Program-made: the position numbers and the translations under genes | Shown here: positions 11,542 through 24,765 of the stretch, piece after piece | How positions within the stretch are numbered: position 1 is the first letter of the stretch | Layout of the letters: every line of letters starts with the position of its first letter | Assembly (NCBI RefSeq): GCF_009914755.1 | Contig: NC_060945.1 | Length of the DNA stretch: 64,000 bases | From: the human T2T-CHM13v2.0 reference genome, Homo sapiens | Reading direction: 5' to 3' (one strand) | Notes under the pieces: model-generated | Told to the model about the DNA's origin: nothing | Databases searched by the model: none | The model's input: only the letters and a program-made list of their open reading frames with translations

Positions 11542-13611
11542 TTAGCGTAGAAATATATTCAAATCATGGGAATTGTGAAGGGTGAACAAACACGAGTATG
11601 AAAGCAACATTTCAGCAGGTTTGAGAAAGTTGTTCATGAAGGCAGCTGTCTCTCTGGAGTGTGTGATGTGGCAGGTCTCAGGGTCAGAAGTGAGCTCTCT
11701 TTGCAACCTGGTATGCTGGGAGTTAAGCTTTAGGAAACACAGAGTTGAGGTAATCATGGCTTCATGGGGAAAATGCAGGGGTTCCTTGCAGCCAGAAGAG
11801 AAGAGAACAACCTCCAAGCTCCAAAGAAGGATGAAGGAGTTAGGTGTGTAGCCCCAGCCCCTAATAAGGAAGAGGCCTCAAGGTGTTTTGTCTGAGATCA
11901 AGGCCTCCTGGCACTATTCCAAGTGGAAGGAAACCCTAAGCTGACACACATCTGAGACCTGGGTGGAGCCATTTCAAAGGAAGCTGAGGTCCTTCTCTTG
12001 ACTTTTAACCTTGAGAACATGGTCACTTTGTACTGTTTTTGCAGGTTCTACTCACATTGACCTTGACTCCATGACCTTGGAATTTAAACATGAGACAATG
12101 TCGTATCCTTGCCTGGGTTTGGCAATTGCAGGGTTCAGGCCAGTAGAATGACCTATGAAGGTTTGGGGATTCACAGCCTCTGTCGCAAGCTTAATTCATG
12201 CAGCATCTGGGGACCCCAACACTCTTCATGTGGTCTGCGACATCTCTGAAAAACTTCTACATGGTAAGGAATTTTGGTGTTTTTTAAAAAAGTCAAGGGC
12301 CTCAATTAGAAATATGAATAAAGGGAGATGAAGGCTACTTCCTTTAAGGTTGTACCAAGACAGGAAGACATAAAGTAAGAGTGTATATATGACACTATGT
12401 GGTAAGCTGCAGATAAAAATTTCAATTTAGCTTGATGCATCTTCTGTGGTTCTTTCATAATTTTTAAAAAAATTCCACACTTAAACAGTTGTGATAGATG
12501 GCCTGCTAATACAGTGCAAAATGTGGCCATTTTACATTTTCTCACAAAGAATTAACCCAGAATGTCTGAATCCCCAGATGGCTTCACTGTTGCCTCCTTT
12601 CATCCCCGTCACTAATCTGTGAAAAGGCAGCCCTCACATTAAGACACTTTCCTGAAGGGGCAGCGACAGCTCAGTGAGGGCTGCTGTGCTGCACTGGGTC
12701 GGGGCTGACGTTCCCAACCTCACTGCTAATGAGAAGACTTGAAAGATTACTGACATGTTCATGTTCATGGAGGTGGCCGGAAGTAATTAAGCACTCTTCA
12801 ATAAAGGGCTACCTTGGCAAGTTCAAGATTTGAATGGGAAAAGGGTGATGGCTGGGCTGGGTGCACATGTTACCTGCATCTCCAAGACCCTGTCCTTCTT
12901 GGCGTCTTTCCCTGCTTATCAGACCAGTTCTGGGCACTGATAACACCACAGAGCATTTGCTCAATCTCTATCACCTGATATCCTGAAAAGGGAGTGGAGG
13001 CCTTTTTGCAGACTTCTGGGCTCCCACAGCCCTTGTGCTGCAGCATGCTGCCTGCCTTCTCTTCTGTCATCAATGAAATATGGTGGAGGGAGCTATGCTG
13101 CTGATGCAGCTTGGAGGCTGTACGGGACCAGAGTCAAATGGGCCATCGAGGGCTGGCTACACAGTTACTGGGCTGGCCATGTGATAGAGAGTGCAGACCA
13201 CTAAAAGGCACATAGCAGAAGAATACTGAATAACACAGAAAAAAATCAACACATATAGATCAGAATAAAGGCTAAGTTATTAAACAGTACATTCAGATGT
13301 TTCTAGTTACAGAAAAATGCTTCAGCACATATTAGCAGAGAGAAAAAAAAATAGGCCACAAGGAGATTTATCACTATATTAATTTTTTTTTGTGAGGGAG
13401 GGTTTTTCTCACCATTCCCGATGTTTCCTTCTACGTAGATCAGACCTGTTGATGTAACACTTCTCCTATTTCCTAGTCTTCCCTTGTTTTAATTTGGGAT
13501 AGAAGGAATGACTTACACTTGATAATGAGTTTGGAAGTGGGAACTAGGCATATACAGCTCTACCCTTTCCTGTACTTTTTGTTGGGAGCTGACAGTTCCT
13601 AAGAAACACCC

Positions 13612-14233
13612 TGTAGTGGGCAGATTCCAAGACAGCCCCCAGTGATCCTGTCCCCTGATATTCATGCCCTTGTGGAATCTCCTATTCTTGAGTGTAGGTA
13701 GGTCCTGTGACTTTCTTCTAATCACTTAAATATGGCAAAGATAGTGGGACATCATTTCCTTGATAAGCTCACATGATATTATAACTTCCATCTTTCAACT
13801 CTCTCTGTTGCCTTCTCCACTTGCATGTTTTCTTTTCTTTCTTTTTTTTAAAACAAAACAAAACAAACAAACGACACTTGCAAGCAAGCAGCCATGTTGC
13901 AGACATCCTCATGGCAAGGTACCAAGGGTGACCTTTACTTGGCCAACAGCCAAAGAGTAAGTGAGGCCACAAGTTGACTCCTGACAACAATTACATGAAC
14001 TTGGAAGCAGATCCCCACTTGAGCCTTCAGATGAGACCTAAGCCATGGCTACTACTTTGATTGCAGCCTTGAGGAAGACATTGAGAAAGCTGTTTGTTTC
14101 AGATGGTTGAAGCCAGGACCTCAGTAAGCTATGTCTGGACTCCTGGACCCACAAAAACTGTAAGAACATAAGTGTATGCCATTTTAAGCTGCAAAATCTG
14201 TGATAATTAGTTACAAAGACATAGATAATAAAA
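13612..14233 (+). mobile_element. MLT1F/G-like MaLR LTR
   Basis: Starts TGTAGTGGGCAGATTCCAAGA...ATTCATGCCCTTGTG; contains GAGCCTTCAGATGAGAC and TTTTAAGCTGC...ATAGATAA. Confidence 0.7.
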
Positions 14234-15329
14234 TCAGACCTTTATGCCATAAAGTATGCATGGGTGGCCCTAATCTTTGGTAGGGTACAGAGGTGGTATT
14301 GGGGTCCTGTGATGCCTAGGACTGTCTGGGTAAGCCTACTGGATTCTTAGCTTAAGTTATGAGGAGTATCTGCCCATAGATATAAACAGCATTGTCTCAC
14401 ATGAATTTTATCTTTGACAAATGAGATTTTGTTGTTTTCCTCCTTTGTTTCCCTCATAAATTTCAGATCTTGAGTAGGAAAAAGAGAAATATTTCTATCA
14501 CCATCTTTTGAGTGTTGGGATAAGGAGAGATTTTTCTACCTTTCAATCTATTATTTTATTTTTAAAATATATGGGAACCTGTGTAATTGTTATAATCAGA
14601 AAAAAAATACTAAGAAGGGCCAGCCGGGTGGCCAGGTACATGCAAGTGAGTTTTGATAGGGACTTTTTACTATTGCCCTAGATTTTGTTTCTATGATTCA
14701 AGATTGAGGATCAAAGTATCACATCCTTAAACTTTTTTCAAGACTATGGGAACCAGATTCCCATTAAAGGCTTAAGTTCTGCTACTCTCAATCATTACTC
14801 CAGTCCCCACAACTTCCCAACGTATAAAACAAAATTGGGGGAAGTGGGGAGAAAGAGAAAATTGTCCTGGGTTACTAGAGAGTGCTAAGGCTCGAGTTGT
14901 CTGTCCCCCTAGACCCAAGTAAGGGGCGGGGGGCTGAGAACGTATCACTCACAGAGGTTGGGAGTGCCTGTAAAGTGGGTAAATGGAATTTATATTCTTC
15001 TGTTTGCTATTTAATTGGGAAGTGACATGTTTATCTGCCTTACACATACCTGAGCAGGAAGACATAAACCAGGAGGGAGAAGACAGGTGAAGTGTGAGCA
15101 CAGGACGATGATGCCTAAGTTTCCATGGACACTACAGAAACTATCTGGGCTTAGGATGGTTGGTCCACAGTGAGGGAATTCTGTAGCACAAGTCTCTGCA
15201 AGGCATTGGGGAGCATCGTGGGAGGGAGGATGTTATTTACCTCTTTATCATTCTCCTAACTCTGTTAGGGACTGTATAGCAGGGAGCCTGGAAATTCCCT
15301 GCCAAATAAATTGCATGTATTTGATTACA

Positions 15330-16107
15330 TGATACAATGCAGAATATATCTGGTCTTTGTTCCTGGTTCCGGGACAGAGCTTCAAAACCTCTTGGAGTTT
15401 TCAGAGTGATAGAAATGTCTTCAGTTACTCACAACAGACCCTTTCTACTTCTGCAGTACCTGAGTTTATGCTAATGAGGTGACTTATGGTGGGCCCTCAG
15501 ATGATTATCAAGGAGGGGCTGGCCTTCTGGAAAGACCAACCATGTGATGAGAGGAGGGGGACATTCAGCCTCACCCCCTGACCTCTGGGGAAGGAAGAGG
15601 GGCTAGAAATAGATCTCAGTCATGTGGCCAATGATTTAATCAATCACGCCTCCGTAATAAAACTTAGATAAAAACTCTGAGCAATGCAACTCAGACAGCT
15701 TCCTGGTTGGTGAATATATGGGTACGCCCGGAGGGCGGCACAACCCAGATCCACAAGGCTGGAAGCTCCTGTGCTCAGGACCCTTCCGGATCTTGCCACA
15801 TGTACCTGTGCATCTGGCTGTTCACTCATGTCCTTTTTGGTAAAATGGTAATTGTTAAGTATGGCATTTTCCTGAATGCTGTAAGAGGTTCTAGCAGATT
15901 ATCAAACCCAAGGAGGGTGTGCTATCTTGAATTTGCAGCTATCCAGGCAGAAGTGTGGGAAGCCTGGGACCCCACTCACTGCTGGTGTCTGACATAAGAG
16001 CAGTCTTGCTAGGGATCTTGCCCTTTAACTCATGGGATCTGATACGAACTCCAGGTAATTAGTGCCTGAATCAAACTAAATTGTAGGATACCCAGTTGGT
16101 GTCAGAC
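15330..16107 (+). mobile_element. MER21-family LTR
   Basis: TGATACAA..ATATATCTGGTCTTTGTTCCTGGTTCC start, GATTTAATCAATCA internal motif, CAGTTGGTGTCAGA end. Confidence 0.75.
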
Positions 16108-17405
16108 AATATTGAAGGCTGTTTTCCATACAGAGTGAGGGCTTTGATGGTCAGTAAATATTAGATAAATAGTCACAGCTAAGATAAATGACAGAGCCTT
16201 TGTTTTGCATGATCTCCTCATATCATATCACCCCATTACAATAGAGGCAAGTTACCCTGAATGAAAAGACCAAACACTCCAGGCAGGGGGAGGGTGGAAT
16301 ATCACAGTTTAAGTTGGACTGGCTATGATGATATAAGGAAATAAGTAAAAGCTCAGAACCCGGTGGAAGGTGGTGATGGGAGCAAATTTAAACTGATTCA
16401 TTATGCTCCCCCATTCCTCTAAGCAAGAAAGGATTTTCTGACGCATACAAAATGATACAGTTGGCAATACGAATGCATCTGATGCTTATAGTCATGAGCT
16501 TTTCCAACCATTGAAAACAGAGGTCTCACCTCCAGAAAACTGAGGTACATTATGACTTAACACACAGAATCAAGGTGACTGGTTCACGGGGGTGGGTATA
16601 AAGCCCAGGCCCCCAGCCCCAGCCACCTTGGAAGGGCCACCCAGCTTCAGAGCTCTTTGCAGGATCAGCTGGGCCCTGCTTGCATCTGCATCCCAGCTTC
16701 TTTCTGTGCCTCTCCAACTTCCTGTACTCCCCCTATGGCGTTGATCCCAAGCGCTTTCCAGCAGGTTTCCAGCACACAGATCCCTGCCAGAAGCCAGCCT
16801 AAGACAATCCTCCTTTATCCAGCTTTCCACTCAAAAATCAGCGTCCTCAGAGTGGCTTTCCCTTATCTCTCACGTGCCATCTAGTAAGTGCCTTCATTAT
16901 ATTTGGTGCATGTTTTAACTGTGAGATTATTCATCTGCTGATATGATTAATGTCAAATTATAAGCTCCGTGTGGGTAAAGGCCCCCTGGTCTAATCACAA
17001 TTGCATCTCTAAGGCCCAGCACTGGCAGTTGTATAGATTAGACTTCCAATATATAATTATGGAATAAACAGGTAAATAAAGGATGTTAAATCCCATTGAG
17101 GAGACGACTCCATTTTTTAAGTCTCCTACTCAGTTTTCCTCTATATCCATTCATCCCTTTAACCATTGAGTACCTGCTGTGTATGTTACTGTGTGCTGGG
17201 TGTTCTGTGCCAGAGAGTGGTGACTCAGACAGCTCCCGCTCCGTTTTTGTGGTGTGATTCATGAAGCCGGGTTCCGCTCTGCAACCCCATGTTATGGTTT
17301 GAGATAATGTTACAAATGATCTACTACATGTATGTGGCTCTTTTCCCCAGTGAGTCTATAAAAGACTTAAAGGCGAGGACATTTACAGTCCTTGCTCATA
17401 GCAAT

Positions 17406-18065
17406 ACAGTAGGCAGAATAATGGTGCTTCAAAGACCTCCCCGGCCTAATCTAGGGAACATAAATATGTTACTGTACACAGTGAAAGGTATTCTGCTGAT
17501 GGAATGAAGGTTGCTAATTAACTGATCTTAAAATAGGGAGAAGATCCTAAATTCTCTGGGTGGGTCCAGAGACATCGCATGGGACTTTAAATGCAGAATA
17601 AGAAAGCAGAGGAGTCAGTCCATGCCTTGTGGCAGAAACAGAAGCAAAAGAAACAGAACAGAAGGAGAGTCAGAGATCTGAAGTGTCAGAAGGACTCACC
17701 CCACACTTGGCTAATTCTGAGATGTAAGTGATTATATGCAAGGAATAGAATGAGGCTTATAGGAGCTCAGGACAACCCCTAGCTGACAGCTGGCAGGGAA
17801 GCAGCGATGTCTGTCTCACAGCCACCTGGAGCAGAATTCTGCCCACAGTCAGAAAGAGCCAGGAAGAAAATTCTCTCCCAGGTCCTCCAGTAAGAGGAGC
17901 ACAGTGCTGCGGACGCTCTGACTTTGGCTTTGTGATATGTGAAGCAGAGAAACCAGCCAAGCCACTGGATGCCCAACCTGCAAAACTCTGGATAATAAAA
18001 GGGTATTTTCCTTAAGTCACTAAGTTTGTGGTAGTTTGTAATGGCAACTTGAGAAAACTAATACA
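17406..18065 (+). mobile_element. MLT1D/E-family MaLR LTR
   Basis: GTAGGCAGAATAATGG start and CTAAGTTTGTGGTAGTTTG...AAACTAATACA end. Confidence 0.75.
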
Positions 18066-18336
18066 GAAGGTATCCAATGTATGTTTTGGACTTGAGTCTT
18101 TAAAACTCTGTATTCCCAAATTAAAATGCAGCATACCCTGAAGCATTTACAGAGTGAATTTGCAGTTTCAACTTTTTGTAAACAGCATGGAAGTTCACGG
18201 CATGTTAAAATATGCACACGTTAATATGTGTCATTTTGCTGAGGGAGGTATTTAGGTATTTAGGCTGTGGGTGCTACAAGGCATGTGTGTGGGAATATAA
18301 TCCTTCCTGAACTTTTAGGCCACTAATATCAAAATC

Positions 18337-19110
18337 TGCATTAGTCAGGGCTTCCCAGAGAAACAGAACCAATAGGAGAGAGAGAGACAGACAGAGAGAG
18401 AGAGAGAGAGACAGAGAGAGAGAGAGACACACACAGACAGACACACACACACAAAGAGACAGAGAGATTTATGATAAGGAACCGCTCCATGAAATTGTGT
18501 GGGCTAGTAAGTCTAAAATTTGCCGGGCCAGCCAGCAGGCTGTACCCAGGAAAGAACTGATGTGCAGCTTGGGTCCGAAGGAGGCAGCATCTCCTCTTTC
18601 TTCCAGGGACTTCAGTCTGTTTTTCTAAGGACCTTTAATTGATGAAGCCCACCCGCATTATGAAGGATAATCTACTTTACTCAAAAATCTATGGATTTAA
18701 ATGTTAATCACATCTAAGAAATACCTTCACAGCGACATCTAGGCTGGCTTTTGACCAAGCATCTGAGTACCATGCCTAGCAAAAGTGACACATACAATTA
18801 ACCATCACAAATCCACACCTTGTCAACTCGGCATCCATGCACGTCTGCTTACACCATACTTACTCTTCAAATAAAGACAATAACAAGGTTATACTTCCAC
18901 TTCACATAATATCACTACCCTGAGCACAACTGAAAGCACACAAACCCTGTCCCTAAAAGAAAAGCAAAGTCCTTTGGTGATGTTCATGCCTCTCCTTAAT
19001 GTCCCGTAACTTTACTACTATGATGTGAAGTTGACAATACTTAAATACTATGATAGCAAATCAATGTATCATATGTTATATGATAATGGGATAAGAGAGG
19101 AAAGAAAACA
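18337..19110 (-). mobile_element. MLT2 (ERVL) LTR 18337-18809 with adjacent internal remnant; contains (GA)n/(CA)n microsatellite
   Basis: TTAGTCAGGG..CCAGAGAAACAGAACCAATAGG at one end and AATTAACCATCACA at the other. Confidence 0.75.
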
Positions 19111-19116
19111 AAGATA

Positions 19117-19447
19117 CAATTGTTTCTTGGTATCTTTGGGGAATTGGTTCCAGGAACCCCTCATACAGGATACAAAACTCTGAGAGAGTTCAAGACTTTT
19201 CATATGCACTGGCCTAGTATTTGCAGCTAACCTACACACATCCTCCTGCACACTTTAGGTGCCATCTAGACTACATATGAAACCTAATAAAATACAAGTG
19301 CTATCCAAATAGTTGTTGTATTGTACTGTGTTATATTTGTATTTATGTTTATTGTTGTATTTTTTTGTTTTTTTTTCCCTGAATATTTTTTATTTGAGGA
19401 TGGTTGAATCTATGAGTGTGGAAGCTGCAGATTCAAAGGGCTGGCTG
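19117..19447. mobile_element. MER2 (Tigger-family) DNA transposon
   Basis: TA-flanked; GGGAATTGGTTCCAGGA and GTATTTGCA.CTAACCTACACACATCCTCC motifs. Confidence 0.8.
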
Positions 19448-19456
19448 TATTTGCTG

Positions 19457-19457
<1 letters not shown>

Positions 19458-19500
<43 letters not shown>
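19458..19500. repeat. (CA)n microsatellite
   Basis: About 21 perfect AC units. Confidence 0.97.
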
Positions 19501-19502
<2 letters not shown>

Positions 19503-20476
19503 GGCAAACGCACTCCCTGGCACTGCCTCTCCACATGGCTATGCTATTCTCTCATAATGCATCATCCTTAGCCTTTTACAGTGATTACCTTGGGAGACAG
19601 GACTGAATGAGCAGAATGGATTCATTTAGCATTACTACAATCCCAATTTTTACAGTTGTGGAAATAATTTTACAGTGGCACATGAGAAAGAGGGGCTTCT
19701 CAGAGGTCGCAGAAAATAAAAGACAACTCAGGACTTCCAAACGTTAATTTTTTTAATGCTCATGCACTTACCCTTGTTTTTTTCTCCTGGCTTCAATACA
19801 TGGCCAAGGTAGCACAGAGGTGGCTCCATGGTGTGATGACAATGACAACACTCATGGTATTATGTGCCTGTTAATGCAGTTTATGGCTACAGAAAGCCCC
19901 TTTCTCCTTATTCTTTTCACAGAGCAATGTACCTTCCCCTTGCTGCATTATCAATGGGGTTTTAAGCAAAAGTGCTCTTTTCTCCTCTTGCACATTTACA
20001 ATCAATGGCTACAGACTCAGAATTGTGAAGTGCTTTCTGACTGTTTTGTTTCCATTTTCTAGCAATGGCCCATTCTGTATCAATCTAAATGAGCCACAGA
20101 AAACATGGCATCTGACCTGCATCTCCGGGGAGAAAGTATTGTTCCTAGCAGCATTCAGCAGTACCATATACAAAAAGGAGAAGCGATGAAAACCTAAAAG
20201 CATGTCTTCCAAAACTTCTTCCTGGAGATCTTCTTCTATGTCTGGCATCAGCTCTCCTGCTCTTTCCCTCTTGCATTTCTTCCTGCTGCAAACACTGGTT
20301 GAGAACCTACTACTTCCAAGGCCTAGAAATGTTATTCTCAAATGACAGGAACACATGAAATTGTTTCCAAGCTGAATGTCCAACTAAGATAACAGTTGCA
20401 AAATGATGCCAAACCATAAAGTGAAATATGAGCTACTCCTGAAATACAATAAAATGGAGCTATGTGTATTTATCTG

Positions 20477-21065
20477 TGTAAAAAGTAAAGTAGAGGTTCC
20501 TCTTCAAAGACTTTCCTCCCCATCTAAATAGGAATAAACAGTAACTTCTCTTAGAAGCGAAATTTATTCAAAGACCTGTGCTAACATTCTTAAATGTCTG
20601 CTAGCCGCAATGAAGAAATCAAGGTACTTTATGTTCTTAGCTCCCACAATTTAGCTTAAATATCTGCCCTGGCATGCTTATACTGGTCCAAACAAGCATT
20701 AGGTCATAGCCTGTTCCTCTTCCTTATTTGAAGGTGTTTCTACCTTTCTCAGCATTCCACAAGTTACTTCCTCCTTCTTTTGTTCTCCTCTCTCTTTACC
20801 TCTTTTAAAAAGTTCTAAGTTGCTAGCCAATCGAGACAAACACAGAATGTGAGGTCCCGTTCCAGCCAATGGAAACCAGACACAGCAGTAGAGTGGACAC
20901 CTCAGGTTATAAACGACCCTGTCTCCTTTGTTTGGTGTACTCTTGGGGCAAAACTGCTGGCGGGTGTACCCCTTCTGCAGAAAGTAAAAATGGCACTGCT
21001 GAGGAGATTAAATTTATGTTGAAGTGCTATTTCTTTATGGCACTGAGGAACAAGTATTTCTAACG
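20477..21065 (+). mobile_element. LTR10-family (HERV-I/ERV1) solo LTR
   Basis: TGTAAAAAGTAAAGTAGAGGTTCC start; two CCAAT boxes (about 20827 and 20866), TATAAA at 20908 and ATTAAA near 21007; 4-bp TSD TCTG at 20473-20476 and 21066-21069. Confidence 0.85.
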
Positions 21066-21630
21066 TCTGGAAAGACAACTGTGATATATTGTCAACTTAA
21101 AAAGCAAATGCATACTAACATATACTCTGTGATTTCATTTTCTTAAAAGAGAAAACGCTTACACATATGAATATGCCTACTAGGAAAAAGGAAAAATGAA
21201 GAGCCTGGCCATCCATCCAGAGTGCAATGCAAAGTTCTCACCTCCCTCGAAGGATCTGATCTCCTCTTTAATGAACTTCTCTTTTTTTTTTTTTACCCCA
21301 GCAGTGTCATGGAGGAAACACACCAAGCTTCCTCTTGCCATAGGGCCTTTTCTCTGGTTATACCATCTCCCTGGAATGCATATGGCTTCCCTCCTTCTCA
21401 TTAAGAATAAAGACTCCACTCTGAGCAAATACAGAAGCTAAGTAATAAGGGGCAAGAAGCTAGACAGGGACTTCCCAGTATGGAGCAGATCCCACAGCAC
21501 CAACCAGAGATGAGAATTAGGCCACACCTGTAAAGAGGCGATGCATCTGGGCCCAGAAGTTAAAAGTTACCTCCATTTCCTTAGAAAGAAGGCTACAACT
21601 GGAATCAGTTGAATACTGGTTACTGAATAG

Positions 21631-22052
<422 letters not shown>

Positions 22053-22882
22053 TTAACTAACAATGCTTATCCTGTGTAGTCCTTCAGGTTTTATTATACA
22101 ACATACTGATGATTAAAGTCACAGTTCCAGTGTTCAGAATGAGCTGAAAATCAGGTGCTCTTTTCTGCTCAAGCATCTTTGGAATGAGAAGATCCTTACT
22201 TGCCTGTGTATACATGGACTGTACACCTCTGTAATGTGTCTTACAATCAGTAGCCAAACGGATAGCCACAAAAAGTGGACATCTAACTTGAGGTTCTGGA
22301 ATCAATTGGCTTAAGGGTGTGGAAATTGAAATAAATAGGTGGGAAAACAGTATATTCAAAAGTCTACCACCTCCAGCCCTGTCTCTGCCTTCCTGCCTCA
22401 GCCACAGCTGAACTGCAAAGAGCAGATGGTGGGTCACTGCCCTGTAGCATGGACACTTGCCATGACCTGCCATTGCTTTACAAATGTGCATCAGTGACTC
22501 TGCTCCGTAGCTGTTGTCTTTGGATATGTCCTAACATGAGGAGTGAGGATGGTCCCTGCAGAGGGTCACACCTGGGAGTCCTCAAGAGAAAAGTGAGCAT
22601 CACAACCAGGCACTTGCATTCTACAAAGAATAAATCATCAGAGAAACATCTCCAAGCCTTGCCTGTCCATCAGCTTATTTCCATGTACCCATTCACAAGG
22701 CCCATTGCAGGTCAGGAGCTTGTTTCAGCTGAGTTTGCAATAAGACTGGTCTAGTGGCCCTTGATGAAAGCACTTATGTGTAGCTTCTCTTCTTAATTAA
22801 GTCTAAACAAAACTATGTATTGTCTTCTGCATCCTTTTCAAGATGAATGATATTAAAAATGATTACATGATAATAATGAAAC

Positions 22883-23661
22883 TAGAGATTGGAAAAAAGC
22901 CCCCGACATCCAGGAGCTGGCTGGGAACTCCCACCTGGGCCTTGGTGTTCTGTTATTGAAGATAAACAATTTCACAAAACACTAACATCAGACAAAACAG
23001 CTCTGTGACCGAGATGGATCAAGACAAAAGAAGACCCCTCCGTTATCATGTTTGAACATAGACAATAGCATGAGCATTGTTCAAAGAAACCACAACAATG
23101 ACCAAACATCTGTTCTTTTGTCTAACGTGACTGACCACTGCTTCTTTACCCATAACAGCATTAGCCTGGCTTCATTTCTCTCATCTTATGAACAAGATTT
23201 ATTAAATATCTGCTATGGTTTGAATGTTTGTCCCCTCTGAAACTCACAGTGAAACTTAACCACAATTATATAACTGTGCTAAGGGGGTGAGAAATCTTGC
23301 CCACATATTTGGTCAAACATGATTCTATATGTATCTGTGAGGGTGTTTCTGGGCAAGATTAAAGCCGAATTGGTAGGCTGAGTCAAACAGATTGCCTTTT
23401 CTAGTGTGCATGGGCCTCATCCCATCCATTTAAGACCTGAAAAGAACAAAAAGATTGAGTATGAAGAAACTCTGCCTGCCTGATGGCTGAGCTGGGACCT
23501 TGGTCTTTTCTTGTCTTTGGACTTCGAGTGAAACATTGGCTCTCCTTGGGTCTAGAGCTTGATGGCTTTCAGATTGGAATTACACATTGGCTTTCCTGGG
23601 ACTTCTTAGCATCCATAATCATGTGGGCCAATTCCTTATAATAAACTTATTCTCTCTCTCT

Positions 23662-23699
<38 letters not shown>

Positions 23700-24765
23700 T
23701 CTTATATAAGTATATACATATATACCAATATAAAGAGATATAAATATGTATGCTAATAAATAGCACTATCTCTCTATATGTCTTATTGGCTTTGTTACTC
23801 TGGAGAACCCTGACAAATAGAAATTTAATGTTATGGATTTAATGGTAGTACCTCTCCAAAATTCATATGTTGAAGCCCTAACCAATGTAATGGTATCTGG
23901 AGACAGGGAGGTAATTACTTTTGAGAGGTAATTAGAGTGAGATGAAGTCATGAGAAGGTCTAGTCTGATTAGATCAATATCCTTTTAAGAAAAGGCACCT
24001 GAGAGTTAACTTGAGTGTTCTCTCTCTCTCTCTTTCCCTCCCTCCCTCTCTCTCTCCCTCTCGCTTTCTTTCTTTCTTTCTGTCCATGTGTACATAAAGA
24101 AGTAATGTGAGTGCACAGTGAGATGGCAGCCACCCACAAGCCAAGAAAAGAGACCTCAGAATAAAACTTACCTTGCTAGAATCTTGATCCTGGACTTTTC
24201 AGCCTCGATAACTGTGAGAAATAAGTTTCTGTTGTTTAAGCCCACCTCCCAAAAGAGGGTGGGAAATCTAACCACGGTATTTGAGAGGCAGGATATTTAG
24301 GAGATAATTAGATTTAGATGAGGTCAGCTTCCTCACCATGTCATGCTTTATGCAGCAAAAAGCCTCTGCAGAGAGTCCTCACCAGCATTAAGGCCCTTAC
24401 AGGTGCAGCCTCTTCACCTTGAACTTGCCCCGCCTCCAGAACTGTAAGAAATAAGCCTATTTTCTTTATAAAGTACCCAGTCTCAAGTAATAATTATAGC
24501 AACAGAAAACAAATCAAGACAATACCCAATCATAGAATTACTCCCACTTTCTGGCAGCGTCACTCCAGAGTTAGGTCCTACTTACTTGAACCTTCCCCCA
24601 AATCACCTAACACAAGCCCAAGTTTATAATACGTCCTTCCCAACACCCTCTTATGAAGGCATCTCATTGTTTCCATGTTGTATGCTTTAGCTCATGACAA
24701 GAATAAACTCAACTTGGTACCCTACAAGTATGTGACTGATGGGCTTTGGCTGGAGGGCAGTGATA
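22883..24765 (+). mobile_element. Nested LTR stack: ERV LTR (LTR47-like) interrupted by MST/MLT1A, MLT2 and MLT1A-type pieces
   Basis: Outer LTR at about 22883-23209 and 24521-24765 (AATAAA at 24702). MST-like start TGCTATGGTTTGAATG at 23210; MLT2 at about 23290-23820 with (TC)(CA) microsatellite; MLT1A-like at about 23829-24245; MST-like 3' part to about 24520. Confidence 0.6.
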
